64,000 nucleotides of DNA, from contig OX597816.1 in assembly GCA_951406725.2 (NCBI GenBank), positions 111,724,001-111,788,000 on the forward strand, given 5' to 3'. Positions 1-13,249 of this stretch are shown here, in pieces. Position 1 is the stretch's first letter. Every line of letters begins with the position of its first letter. The translations under genes were made by a program, and so were the position numbers. This DNA is from Octopus vulgaris. Lineage: Eukaryota. The notes under the pieces are model-generated. The model did no database searches, was not told the origin of the DNA, and worked only from the letters and a program-made list of their open reading frames with translations.

Positions 1-334
1 TATTAATGCCACACTGATTTCATAGCTATTCTTAAGTAAAATATAAGGTGTAGACTATAAATTCTGATATATTTCAGATTAGATCAATGAAGAGGCTACT
101 AGAGCCAGTAGTTGAATTGTTGTTAGATTAGAAAAATTCTCAGGAGAATGTACAGACGAAAATATTGATTTTATTTATCTTTTTCTTCTTTATGTTTTGC
201 CAAGACATAAGGCTAGCACTTAAATGGCTGACACATACCTTACTGGTACTGATTTTATGGACCTTGAATGGATAAGAGGTAAAAAAGTGTTGATAGTAAT
301 TGAGCCCATATGCTAGAACTATTGGTTTAACATT

Positions 335-516
335 TTGGCACAAGGCCAGCAGTTTTGGAGGTTATGGAGGTTATACACCAACCTTATTTTATTGACCTCA
401 AATATGATGAAAGGTAAAAACCGACCTTGGCAAAATTTGAACTCAGAATATAAAGACAGACGAAATGCCACAAAGCATTTTGCCCAGCAGGCTAATGATT
501 CTGCCAGTTTGCCACT
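335..516 (-). mobile_element. tRNA-derived SINE, family A (Meta-domain-like), decayed
   Basis: Matches the other family A copies in the window (ggcacaaggccagc...gatgaaaggtaaa...aatttgaactcagaa...ctgccag). The minus strand gives a tRNA-like head with B box GAGTTCAAAT. Confidence 0.8.
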
Positions 517-1289
517 TTACACCTTCAGGAAATATTAATATATAAGTAGCAATATCTGGTACTCTACTTTTAAACATAACTGTGCTACATTGTTTTACAG
601 ATAATTATGCCTTTAGGCAAAAGAAAATATGATGCATTTTACAAAACATCAGTTGCATAACCTTTATTAAGATGTTGGGGTGTAATCTGAGAAGGACTTT
701 GCTGATATTTCTAGCAGAGCAGCCAGCGATATAAGAGATTTACTGTTGTTGCTGTTTGGCACTAAGAAAACCCTAATGTTGTAGATCTCTGATGAAAGGC
801 ATTCCACCCATGTCCATCTGGTAGGTATTTCAGACTAGATTATCTAATTAAATCAATGAAGAGGCTACTAGAGCCAGTAGTTGAATTGTTGTTAGATTAG
901 AAAAATTCTCAGGGGAATATACAGAGAATGTCTTTCCTTCTATAAGATAGTTGAATGTAAATTGAGTGAGGATTTTCTATTATTTTTAGTAGATCAAGCA
1001 AGCACATAGAAGCTTAAAATGTTATTGCCAGTTTAGTCCCAAGTCAGATCTGGCAGACTGGAACAATAGTGAAAAGTATTCCAATTATAACCTTCTCATA
1101 TATTTTTTACTCTTTATTCAGTCTTACTGTATCTAAGATTATATTATACAATAGTTTCTTGTGTTTTTTTTTTTATGATAATAGAGTTTATTTCTTAGAA
1201 ATTCTTTCAAGTCAGGTGATCATGTAAAGGTTTTTTTATTGGCTTCTTTACTGTGGAACCTAACCTTTGAATAACGTGTGGAAAAATAT

Positions 1290-1508
1290 TGCTTTCAAAT
1301 TTTGGCACAAGTCCAACAATTTCTGAGAAGCAGGAAAACTGATTTCATCACCTCCAGAGTTCAATTGGTACTTATTTTACTGACCCTGAAAAGATAAAAG
1401 CAAAGTCAATCTTGACTGAATTTGAACTCTGAACATAAAAACAGATGGAATGCCATTTGGCATTCTGTCAGTTGTGCAGACAATTTTGCTAGCTCGATGT
1501 CCTACAGA
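1290..1508 (-). mobile_element. SINE family A copy with 11-bp TSD
   Basis: Family A sequence flanked by the direct repeat tggaaaaatat (1279-1289 and 1509-1519). Confidence 0.8.
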
Positions 1509-1717
1509 TGGAAAAATATCGAAATGTTGAATGAGGGGTCAGCAACCCCTTCTCACAGAAAAAAAAACAAACTAATATGCTACTTCAACCATCTAATGAT
1601 GGCTTGATTTGCTCAGTAACATGAAACAGAAGTTACGATTAAAAACAATTCTGAAGTAATCCGATCTTCTTTAATAAGGTCCCAAAACATGAAAACAAGA
1701 ATGTAAAATATTTTTAA

Positions 1718-1944
1718 CCCTTTAGCGATTGGATTACTCTGTGAAATGTAAAGCTTATTCATTCACATTGTTTTCAATTAATCATGCATTATTTTGTAGG
1801 TTTGAAATTTTGATGAGCTAACTTTTAATTTTAGAATGAAGTTGAAAGGTTGGAGAGAGAGGCCAGATCTGAACATAAAACGGTTTTGAACATAAAACGG
1901 GTAGAATATTTTGGTTGGATATGTCCAATTTAAATGCTAAAGAA
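1718..1944. mobile_element. TTAA-flanked MITE (piggyBac-type)
   Basis: TTAA|ccctttagc ... gctaaagaa|TTAA termini. A second decayed copy lies at about 54245-54470. Confidence 0.7.
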
Positions 1945-2305
1945 TTAAAACAGGTTTCTGGTTTTGAAAGGCTGTTGGAAATATCAGCCTGCTATACATG
2001 TTCAAGACCCATCACAACTTAATGGGTACTTTCCATTTTAATTTTTTTTTTCTTTTATGCTTTTCCTTTTTGTCATTCTTTCATTATTTTTTAGTCATCG
2101 GACAGTGGCCATACTAGGGCACTATCTTCAGGTGCCTCAGTTAATGATATCAACCCAACAACTTATAAGAGTCAGGTACATATTTTATCAGTTTCTATTT
2201 GTTGACCCACTAATGTTATGAAATATATAACTGACACAGCATGAACATCAGTTCTTAGACTGGTGTAAACTTATACACAGACAGACATGTAAGTTGATGA
2301 ATGAT

Positions 2306-2306
2306 C

Positions 2307-2359
<53 letters not shown>

Positions 2360-2433
2360 TAACAATGATAATAATGATAATGATGATGACAATAACAGCA
2401 ACAGTGTTGATGGTGTTAATGATGATGATGATG
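2306..2433. repeat. (AAT)n / (GAT)n microsatellite
   Basis: Direct reading. It explains the poly-N and poly-L ORFs in the track. Confidence 0.95.
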
Positions 2434-2885
2434 CTGAGATTAAAGCCATCTGTGACTCAGTAATCAAATTAAGAAAAATAAGCTGCAAATAATATTTACA
2501 AATGTTTAGAGGGAAGGGAACAGAATGGTAAAAGAAAGATTTAATGATATAAGAATATAAGACACATTTGAATAATGTTTGAAATGTCATGAATTTTTCC
2601 TCTAGCCATTTTGTACTAAATGTATCGTTCATGGCCTGTAGATATCACCAGATGTGAGTCACAGAAAATATAACATTATTCAGCTCATTTATTATTTTTA
2701 TATATGAAAATAAAATCATTTGAATCATTAAAGACACATGAAATATAATATGGAAGATATGTAGGATTTTTTTTTTGTTTCCATAATAAATGTTATTGAG
2801 ACAAAGATTGCTGAAGAAATGGCTGAAGCATCCTTCCTTCAGGGCTATTGTTGTAAACTGATTTGAGAACTGTTGGTGGTAACAT

Positions 2886-3145
2886 ATCATCATCATCATC
2901 ATCATCACCATTGTTTAACGTCTGCTTTCCATGCTAGCATGGGTTGGATGATTTGACTGAAGACTGGCGAACCAGATGGCTGCACCAGGCTCCAATCTTG
3001 ATCTGGCAGAGTTTCTACAGCTGGATGCCCTTCCTAACACCAACCACTCTGAGAGTGTAGTGGGTGCTTTTACGTGCCACCGGAACGAGGGCCAGTCAGG
3101 TGGAACTGGCAATGGCCACGCTCAAATGGCGTTTTTTACGTGCCA
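2886..3145 (-). mobile_element. SINE family D (RTE-like tail ending in (GAT)n)
   Basis: Reverse complement of the D copies at 41.9, 45.1 and 57.8 kb (aagcacccactacactc...ggaagggcatccagctgtagaaac...gcatggaaagc-gacgttaa-gatgatg). Confidence 0.8.
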
Positions 3146-3149
3146 CCTC

Positions 3150-3500
3150 ATTTGGCTTGCCAAGTCATCTCAAGCACAGCATATTTCCAAGAGTCTCAGT
3201 CACTAGTCATTGCCTCGGTGAAGCCTAATGTTCGAAGGTTGTGCTCACCACTTCATCCCAGGTCTTCCTGGGTCTACCTCTTCCACAGGTTCCCTCAATC
3301 GCTAGGGTGTGGCAATTTTTCACACAGCTATCCTCATCCATTCTTGCCACATGACCATACCAGTGCAGTCATCTCTCTTGCACACCACATATGATGCTTC
3401 TTAGGTCTTCTCTCAAGGTACTTACACTCTGTCGAGTATGCACACTGACATTACACATCCATCAGATCATACTGGCTTCATTTCTTGCAAGCTTACATTT
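3150..3500 (-). mobile_element. RTE-clade LINE 3' fragment (pseudogenised)
   Basis: Minus-strand translation ...VQER*LHWYGHVARMDEDSCVK...EGTCGRGRPRKTWDEVV matches the typical RTE C-terminal WxGHVxRM...RGRPxKTW motif. Confidence 0.8.
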
Positions 3501-4479
3501 GTATATTATTGCACTGCTGAAAAATGAGAATGAGCAAAGGTAATGAATTGTAGAATAAAAATAAAATATCTAATATTTCTGCTATGAAAGACAGTCAAAA
3601 GATTGTTGGAGTTGTACTTGTGTGACAAGTGATTTGATCTGAGACAGTCGAAAATAAAGCAATTAGTGTCAAGGTGGGGCGTTCTGTGGAACGACCTAGA
3701 TAGAGAGGGATAAAGTATCAAGACAGAATTATTTGTTGTATTATCAATGATCTGATCACAGACACAGTTCTAGTCATCCTCATCTGGTCACATTGTTTGC
3801 ACGGATTCCCATGACTCTCTGTTGCCATCCGATTTTATTGTTCATCATATTCAGAAGGATTGCAGTTTATGTCATCACAAATCTTATTGTCCTTTGCTAG
3901 CTCTTCTTTGTGTAGACACCCATAAAATAACTCCACTAATAATTTCATCATTAGCTCTCCAGTAATGCCCTGTCAATCTGACTCTATCCTTTTTGACGAT
4001 GTCTGTTACTGGATCAAGGTTCCCATACAAGTTCTACGGGAGATACTGAGAAGTAGATAAACAGTTTCTGTGTGTATTTAAATGACTAAGATGAGTCTTC
4101 CATTCAACATCTGCAAAAGGTTCTAACACAACCAAAATAAAGTGCTTTTAATCTCATGGACCATGGCAGAAAAACAATGAAGTTGCTTTTGATAGCAGAA
4201 AATTCTTTAGCAATACTTGAAATAAGCCTACAAGGATCCCTCTTCATTGTGGTTTGACTGATAGAAATAACAGCTAAATTTTTCTCAGATTATACCCAGT
4301 TATCTTTAAAAAGAGACACATTAGATAATATAGTCCTAGATACACAATGCTTGAGTAAAAGGAATGTAGTCCTAGATACACAATGCTTGAGTAGAGGGAG
4401 ATTAAGGTCATCATGGATAGAAAAGGTTTTACCATAAACTTTTTTAGTCAGAGTTGATGTAGAGTAAGAAACATCTGAC

Positions 4480-4890
4480 AATTGACAAGTCCCTTAACCC
4501 CTTGGGGGACACTGGTGTGCTGCAGCCATGCTGTGTATCTAAAGTGAGAAAACCTGATGGACCCCTTCCCTCAAAAGACTAAACTAATTTCTACAGCTGA
4601 GTGGACTGAAGCAACATGAAATAAAGTATTTTGCTCAAGCACATAGTGGATCACCTGGTCCAGGGATCAAAACCACAATCTTACAGTCATGAACCCAACA
4701 CCCTAACCACTAAGTGACATGCCTCTACTAGTGATATTCGTTTCTACAGTAGAATGTACTGGAGCAATGTGAAGGGAAGTGTTTTGCTCAAGAACACAAT
4801 ACATTGTCCAGTCCAGGAATCGAAACCACAATCTTACAACCTTGAGACCAACACCTTAAGTCCAACACCACTAAGCCTTGTGTCTCCATA
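4480..4890 (-). mobile_element. Two tandem partial copies of SINE family C (CORE-like)
   Basis: The block tttctacag...gactg(g/a)agcaa...ttttgctcaag...ggtcca-ggatc-aaaccacaatcttaca occurs twice and is homologous to 37659-38002. Confidence 0.7.
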
Positions 4891-5639
4891 TGTTGATTAT
4901 TATAAGTTGATTATATTGTGAATGCAAATGAAAAAGCCTCAAGATATAGGTATATACCTTTCTTACTGGTAATATTAAAGTACTCAGTTTGATGGAAGAA
5001 AGATTGAAGGCTGCCTGAGTGTAATTGGTTACTTGTCTCTCTGGATTACAGATAATAAGTGATTCAGATAATACTGACAACTTTCTATCTTTTTTCTATC
5101 CTAGTGAGATTTTAAGCTAATGTATTATAAGCTATTTATATTTGAATTCTCTTTGAGATACATCGTTAATATTTCTCGACATATTTCTCAACGCTTTTAC
5201 ATTTGTGTTGTAAATCTAAACAAATTAAATGTAAAGCATCTAATTTGATGGATGAACGATGGGGACAACTTTATTGTAATTGTTAATATGTCTGTTTGGG
5301 TTTGAGAATATGCAAGGTCTATGTCCTACAGGCAGCTTCCTACTGTTTTCCATTCCAGAGGGTTTTAACTCAATGTATAGCATTATTTATAGTTGAATTC
5401 AGTTTGAGACACATCATGAATAAAGATTTATTGAAATAGTTAAGTTGTAGTAAGTAATGTTGTTCATTTTCAGTCTTCTGACAAAAATATGTGTGGCTAT
5501 AAGGAAATACTGCCTTATCTGGAAACAGGTGGGAGTTGGTGACAGGAAGGGCATCTGGCCATAGAAAATTTGCCTCAGCATAAATTGCACATGACCCATG
5601 CAATCATGGCAAAGTGGATGTTAAATGGTAGTGACAACA

Positions 5640-5655
5640 ATGACTACGATGACAA

Positions 5656-5689
<34 letters not shown>

Positions 5690-5781
5690 GGTGGTGGTGG
5701 TGGTGGTGAGGGTGGTGGTGGTGGCGGTGATGGCGGCGGCGATGGCGGCAGTGGCGGTGGCGGTGGTGGTGACAATGAGGA
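5640..5781. repeat. (GAT)n/(GGT)n/(GGC)n microsatellite at a SINE tail
   Basis: Direct reading. It follows a D-type tail (5500-5630) and explains the poly-G/H/V ORFs. Confidence 0.9.
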
Positions 5782-6222
5782 TATCTAATGTAGTGACTAA
5801 TGTAGCCACCTATACAATGAAGAAAAGGCAATGTTAACTCAACATTATTAATATCTTAATCATTTAGGCATGAAAAGAAACAGCTTTACAGATGTTTCAG
5901 TTTTGTTAAACCTTTTCAGCAAATGCATATGCTTCACCCTTTGTACCAAAGTACTTATGAGAGAACTACCAAGCAAATGTACAACAGCATATATTGTACA
6001 TGAGAAATTTAACATATTTGTTTTTAAATATTGATCACCTAGGGACAAAACTGAAGGTTTCTTACAGACAACTCCATTGATGCATACTCTGACAGGACTG
6101 TATTTTACCATGTATTCCATCAGCTGTAGTATACATCAATTCCATTACAATTAATCCTATTCAGATTACTGTAGATATATTTTTTCAGTTGGTTGAAATG
6201 GGCTGACATCATATGAAATATT

Positions 6223-6438
6223 AGTTTCAAATTTTGGCACAAGGCCAACAATTTCAGGGGTGGGGTTAAATAAAATGCATCGACTCTAGTGCTCAACTGG
6301 TTCTTATTTTATCAACCCCCAAAAGGATGAAAGGCAAGATCGACCCTATCAGTATTTGGATTCAGAATGTACAGATGGAGGAAATGTTACCAAGCATTTT
6401 ATCCAATGTGCTAAAAATTCTGCCAACTTGCTACCTTA
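6223..6438 (-). mobile_element. Full-length SINE family A with 17-bp TSD
   Basis: TSD acatcatatgaaatatt at 6206-6222 and 6439-6455. Confidence 0.9.
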
Positions 6439-8214
6439 ACATCATATGAAATATTGATTAAGGCTTTTACTGCATTAGTTATATAAAGGACAATGTTATG
6501 TATTATATAATTTCAGGTTCTATGTAACAGAAATTAATATTTGAAAAATTCCATAATTATACCACAGAATTAATAAGAATGCTTCAAGTTTGAATTTATC
6601 AATTTGTCATATGCAATGCATGACATTATAAAATCTTAATGTTAAGTTAGTGAAAACAACTGCTATTAGTGTTAACACTGGTGGATGTTGGAAGGAAGTA
6701 AACTTATAACAAAAACATTAAGAAAGATTAAAATTTACCCCAAGTAACTCTAATGTTTCTCATACACAACTACAATACAAAAATATTTCCAGAAGAAATA
6801 GCAATGTTAAGAATAACAGGCTAAACTAATATGTTCTGCAACAAAATCTGAAACACCATTTCTTATTCCTGATTGCTCATAAATTTGACTTTATTTCATG
6901 GTAATAAAAACGAATTCTATTATGTGAACTGCTTAGAAATGTTAAAGTTTTCAATGTTTGTGTTCATATATGTAAACATGTTTGTATATTTATTCTTCCC
7001 AACTTAATATCAGTCTTTGTTTTCATTTATGAATAAATATGAACAAATTTTATAGAGAAACAGTTTTTGCGGATGGAATATGCAGATATCATAATATGTG
7101 TGCAAATATCCTGTGGACAGTCATTGATTTTCCTAAAACAAACAGCAAGGAATGGCAATTCAAAGAATTAAATGACAACTAATGTTATTTTGTTTTGCAA
7201 CATTTCAAATATTTTTATAAGGAGAAAAAATGAAATCCAGTTATGGGAAACTCTATCAAAGTCCGAGTTCAAAAAGTTCTATACTACATTATATGTGAGA
7301 GCAATGATTATGTCAGAGGTTGTGTAGTAACTTCAAATTGTCTTAAATTTTTTTCATATCTTTGGTTTAATATTTTATTGTGTATTAACGTTGAAAGCAA
7401 CTATTTTTAAAGCAACTATATAAACTCTGTTCCACAAAAGTATTGTTGAAGGCACTGTTCTATAAATATGTTAATTTAGACAACATTTAGACAAGTGTTT
7501 GACACTTGTTAGTAGGATTTGCTTAGCACTAAAGAGAAGTTGAATTTTCTCATTGAAGGAGCACTACCACGACATCTCTTGCTGAATACAAAGTAGCAAG
7601 CATTCCACACTTTAAACTGAAGAATTTCAGAATGGAATTTAGCTTTTAGATTCAAACTGATACTCTCAATTAAACATTATCAAATGGGTGCACCAAAGCT
7701 TGTAACACAAAAGTGGATAATGTGGTGAATATTAATGTTAAAATTAAGATCTTATCACCATAAATGATTAGCAAGAAAGGTGTGTTAGAGGACCAGTTTG
7801 ATGTTCTTCGTCATTAACGTTATCTTCCACTCAACAGCAACTCATTAGTTCACTGAATTATGAGCATTTCACTGCAAGTATTTGAGTCACAGTTTGGTTT
7901 TCAAGACTGTGTAACAATGAGAATATAGAATGTCTTATTTACCGTAATTATTTCACCAATGAAGAAGAATAAATCGTAACATGGATATAGCATCCATATC
8001 ACATCCTGAAATGACTACCTACACACTAGTGGATACCCCAAGAATGATTAGAACATAATCACAAGCTTTCTATTTTATCTTATATAATGCATCTTCAAAA
8101 GGTTTTAAAATTTATGGTTATTAATATGGCATTACTGATGAGTAGGTTTACATTAGGCAGTAAATGTATGTACAAGTGTGAAAGTATCTATGTTCTTTTC
8201 AGCTTTTAATTATT

Positions 8215-9460
8215 TAAATTCCTCCTCTTAGGAAGTAGCTGGTTTCTAACAAAGATACAAAGTTTCATCACTAGAATGTAGGTAACAAAAACAATGTCAC
8301 ATTTTAAACTTGAGTAAAGTCTTGCATATTCTTATTGTTCCACTTACAGTTTGTATTTGAAATGTGCAAGGTAGTTGGTTAATTTTCTGAAAACCTTGGC
8401 TTATCCATATTGTCACACTAAGGCATTTACTCTCAAAACCAAGTGCATAAATTATTATCAGTATAAATGTGAATTTATAATCTGAATACAGAAGCTGGGA
8501 GTTCCAAAAGCTAGGGGCCCATAGTTATCTTCTTTCTCTTCAATTTTCAAAGAGATGTTTACATCAGGAGGACAGCTGACCTCTCTGACATTACATACTT
8601 TTCTTTGACGGTCCCAAACAACAATATCCTCCTCTAATGTTTACACTTGACAGTTGTTTTAATGAGAATGATTCACTGATATTCTATGAGTTTATATTTG
8701 TTTATGAATTCAATAACAAGGAGATTCTCTATATTTATTCCAGACAGTCTTTTTCCAGATGGCATTGTATATTGTCTTTGCAACAATGTCATTAGGCATA
8801 AGGACGTAGACTTTGATGTCATTCTAGGACAGCTGCTAATCACATGTTTGATGTTTTCCATGAAAATATGGCTTAATCTACATTTTCGCTTGCACCTTGG
8901 AGTTCCAAGGGCTAAACTGTCTTTTTTTGTTTGTTCTGTATTTGGTAGCAATCTTCTGTTTTTGGATAGCCTTTGGAGTGTGATGTGCTGTTCTGTAGTG
9001 CTCATGAGTCCAACAGAAGTTTCACTTCATGTCAATATTACTGTCTTCTTCAAGCCTTTTGGAAACACAGTCTATGCATAGTCTTTTTTTTTCTTTGGTA
9101 TGTTGAGTGCTTCCCATCCAGGTCTTCTTTGTGGCCTGTTAATCTGGCTGTTTTGGGTTGTGCGAGAAGTCATCAGGAAGAGAGTGCTTCATGAGGAACT
9201 TGCTGCTGCCAAGCAATATAATTTTCTCTTCACTTTACAGCACTAAGCTAATGCATTTAATTTTGCTGCAAGTATTGTCTTAGAGAGACTATATGACATT
9301 CGAATGTTGTCTGCACTGCACTCAAGCCTCCACCTCCTTTGTTTCATTTTTGGTAGAGCCTGTCAGTATCATTATTTTTGTGGAGATTTCCAGGTGAAGT
9401 CAGTATCTCACAGGTTTTACTGTCTTTGGAGTGGATTTCCTCAACAGACCACTCAAGTAA
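8215..9460 (-). mobile_element. RLE-type non-LTR retrotransposon (R4/Dong-like) 3' fragment, pseudogenised
   Basis: Minus-strand frames give a decayed CCHC knuckle (KCRLSHIFMENIKHVISSCPRM) and an RLE segment (DIVWDRQRKVCNVREVSCPPDVNISLKIEEKEDNYGPL), with frameshifts. Confidence 0.8.
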
Positions 9461-10809
9461 CCGATATTTCTGTCTGCCTGCCTGCCTGTCTGTCTGTATG
9501 TATGTACGTATGTATGTACTTAATGTACCATGATAGTTTTTTTGAAAAAAACATCAATCACTTGCTTTTACAACTTTACTATTGTGCTGTATATTTATTA
9601 CATACCTTTACATTTTGCAATAATATAGGGCATAATCTGTAAATAACTCCCAAAATGAATAAATTTTCTTTTCTTTATATTAGCTGACAATGGTTTTAAT
9701 ATTACAGAATTTTCAAAAACAATCTAAAGATAGTTAAATACGTTGCCTCTCTAGTCATATATAGTGGTATATTAATCATATTTGCACATTTCTGGTTATT
9801 AGTAGTATCATCATGCGTTTCCAACGAAACTACTCTCTTTTTTTACATTATGGATTTTTTGCATATATATAACTTAAACTGAAGCAAGAATCTGGATGAT
9901 TTATATTTATCATGTTTACTTTTGATGACCTATCTTAATGACAAATGGGAGAGCTAAACTGATTCAGCTATATTCAAGAATCCACAATTTCAATAATATT
10001 CAATTGTCTTATGTACATTTTGTAGTAAGTCAAGGGAATACAAATTATATTCAACGGAATAATTTCCCAGACAAAACTTGCCAGTACAGATGCTTAATTA
10101 TTCATATCAGCAATGTGAGAAATAAATAATTTTTTTGAATTATTTCTTATATATATTTTAACTGGGCAATATCCATTATATTTTTAAATATGTGAAATTT
10201 ATATCTTTCGAAATGGTTTTATGGAAATTACTGATTTAAAAGTTGCTACATACATACAGAAATTCAAAGGAACTAACTTTCAAATTTATGTATAATGTTA
10301 CAAAAATTTTTTTCCGATTGTCTGAACTTTAAATTGTTAAAACATTTTATTAGTTCTTGAAAGTTCAAAGTATTACATAACAATATTTAGGAATATTTAT
10401 AAATTACAAAATGATATTTAAAAAAAAATCATACTCCGCATATAGGATCTTGCATTCATACTCACAAGGAATGTACTCTCTCTTTACAAAGCAACATAGA
10501 TTATGAGCAAACTAAATAGTCTCTATGAGGTTGATACCTCTACTACTAATAGTAATTAAATCCTCATTAATTCAAACCTTGGTTTCTTTAAAAAAGGAAG
10601 ATATTGAACAATGTGGTCTTAGATATAAAAAGAGATGGGTTGGTTATGCCTGGGCAGAACAACATTATCAACTTCAGCATGTATAAATACACAATTCCCT
10701 GAGTTCTTGAATTAAGATCAATTGTAGCAGGCCCAAACTATGAAACACACAGATGCTGCAACTTAGTAGGAATACTTCTGGAATCTATTCTGATTTATTT
10801 TATAACATA

Positions 10810-11323
10810 CTAGCAGTATCGCCCGGCGTTGCTCGGGTTTATAAGGGAAATAACTATATAAGCATTTTTAGAGAGTTACTTCCCTTATAGATGCCAATTC
10901 GGGCTTTCTTAGCCATTTCTGTTTTGGTGTCTTCAAGCCATGAAGTCGTTGTTCTAAAAGAACGCTGGTCTCCTTGACAACGCTTTACAACGTTGATTTC
11001 CTTACACTCCCTTCCCCACAGCTTCACGAGGGAGGGAAGAAGGGGGAGAAGCAACACAGGTGCAGGTGTGACCATGGACGCCAACTCCGCCGCCATCGAC
11101 ACACGAAAAAATATGCATTAAAATGGAATAAAAAATGATGTTAAATTATTTTTAAAATCGTAGACTCATCGTAGACGCTCGCTAATAGCCAGACGGGCTC
11201 GATATGAATTACGACTATAAGATACCCGAATTTGGTTAAACTTCACCGCAAAATGTGGGAGTAGTTAGGAATCTAAATCGAAGGGGACAGACACTCACAC
11301 AACTACAGTTTTATATATATAGA
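10810..11323 (-). mobile_element. Non-autonomous Helitron (514 bp)
   Basis: Minus strand reads A|TCtatatatataaaactg...cccgagcaacgccgggcgatactgCTAG|T. This gives 5' TC, a subterminal GC hairpin, 3' CTAG, an AT target and no TSD. CpGs are retained. Confidence 0.85.
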
Positions 11324-11897
11324 TATATATATAAAATACACATCTAATAAATTACACATCTAATGAAACATATGAAATGCACATCTAATGAATTTAAATC
11401 GAGACAATTTTGCAGTAAAAGTTATTTTACCTATTTGTCATTAAAATTAACCTATGTGGTTAAAACATTAAAAACGACGAAGATTAATAGGACAAATGAA
11501 ACTTACCTTGGAAAACAGATTGAAAATTCATCGTCAACAAATATGAGATCCCAACACTAGACTGATTTCCCTTAGACTAACGTGCAATAAAGGAATCTCC
11601 AAAATTCTAAGTCTTTCCACTTTATTTTTATTCTGATGAAGTCAGAGAAAAGATATGGACAGAAAAGGAAAATATGTTAATTATGAAAAAATACAAAACA
11701 CAACCAAAAACATTATCACAACATATCCAACTGGTACTTTTAGTAGCAACTGAATCTCCAAGCTATTACACTATTGTTGTTCACATTTTCACACACAGAA
11801 ACCATATACACACATACATACAGCTATGTAACTTACAGACATTCACATGCAAGCAAGCAATCTATTTATTTATTTTCAGCTGTTCTGACAAACTGCT

Positions 11898-12045
11898 GTT
11901 CATACTGTATTATGACACATTCACTAGATTAACTCAGCTTTCAGTTTTGGTGCAATTGTCATCCATACTGTCTCATGTCTTAATGTGCCGACATTGCACA
12001 CAGTTGTTCATACTGTCAAATGACACATTCACTGGATCAAGAGGA
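11898..12045. repeat. Degenerate tandem duplication, about 109-bp period
   Basis: gttcatactgt....tgacacattcact(a/g)gat at about 11898 and about 12007. Confidence 0.6.
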
Positions 12046-12889
12046 TCTTAACTTCTGATACAATAATCATTCATGTGACTCTAATATGCAGATATCACAG
12101 AAAACAAAATACTGAGCCTGATCTCTTGAATGTCTTCAATCAATCAACTTGTGTCTTAACTACTACAAAATTTAAACCGTAATCTCTATGGAAAAGGGCT
12201 AATTTTTAAGCCCCAGCCACTGGTGATGTAGTTACAACATTGCATTATTAGTGCAACAGAGCTACACACACCAATGCTGCTTTATTTAACACTATCAATT
12301 GAGTGAGATTTAGTTGCAGTTAAGTAAGTTTATAAAGTCTCTGCAATGCGTATGCAATTCTTCAAGGAATATTTAATATTTTTCCTGAACGTTTTATATT
12401 GAAATAGTTGTTTTATTCCAAATGCCTTTTCTGCTAATTACCACAAAACCGTGAAACACAGGTGTAATTTATTATCAGTGACATAGATTGGGTCCAACAA
12501 TTATATATTTTGCTTCAGAACTCAACACAATATCTGTAGTAGAAGATGAACTGTAACATCGACACATCTTCACTACTGAGTTTCCTTTGACTACAGCTTA
12601 AATGGTATGTATGGTATGAAGGTGATGTGAGATCAGACTGTTGGAAAAGGGCAATGCTCATGGCGTTTTGCAGGGACTTGAAACTTGGTGTGGTAAAAGA
12701 AGAAGCAAAGAAGCACACTTCAAAGATTTTATAGGAGAAAGCAGTAAATTCACGACATCAGATTATCTATCAGCAGAGGTGTCAGGAGGCATCAAGTAGT
12801 ATTTAGAATTTGCTCTGATCATCTGTGTTCCAAGTTCAAACCCTGCTGAAATCAACCACGCCTTCCATCCTTCCAGGGATGACATCAAT

Positions 12890-13237
12890 TTCGTTATCCA
12901 GCTCTCTCTGTCGTATATCACCATGATCACCGTGAACGACCAGGCTAGATGCTGCTACACATCGCTGGTCACAATGCGCTTTGCATTGTTTTAGCCTTCA
13001 ATGTTTGCATTGCTTTAGCCCCACTGGCTAAGCAAGCAGGCCATCAGAAGAAACAGTGAGAGAAAGTTGTGGCGAAAGAGAACAGCAAGGATCGCCACCC
13101 CCACCCCTGCCGGAGCCTCGTGGAGCTTTTAGGTGTTTTTGCTCAGTAAACATACACAACGCCCGGTCTGGGAATCGAAACCTCGATCCTCTGGCCGTGA
13201 GTCCACTACCCTAACCACTAGGCCATTGCGCCTCCAC
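12890..13237 (-). mobile_element. tRNA-headed SINE (C-related variant)
   Basis: Minus-strand head gtggaggcgcaatggcctagtggttagg (A box) ... ggtttcgattccc (B box), followed by a tgagcaaaaacacc core-like segment. Confidence 0.8.
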
Positions 13238-13249
13238 ACATATATATAT

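Noticed and set aside
5570-5837. Poly-Gly/His/Val/Thr ORFs (also poly-Asn/Leu at 2255-2632)
   Set aside because: Trinucleotide microsatellite artefacts.
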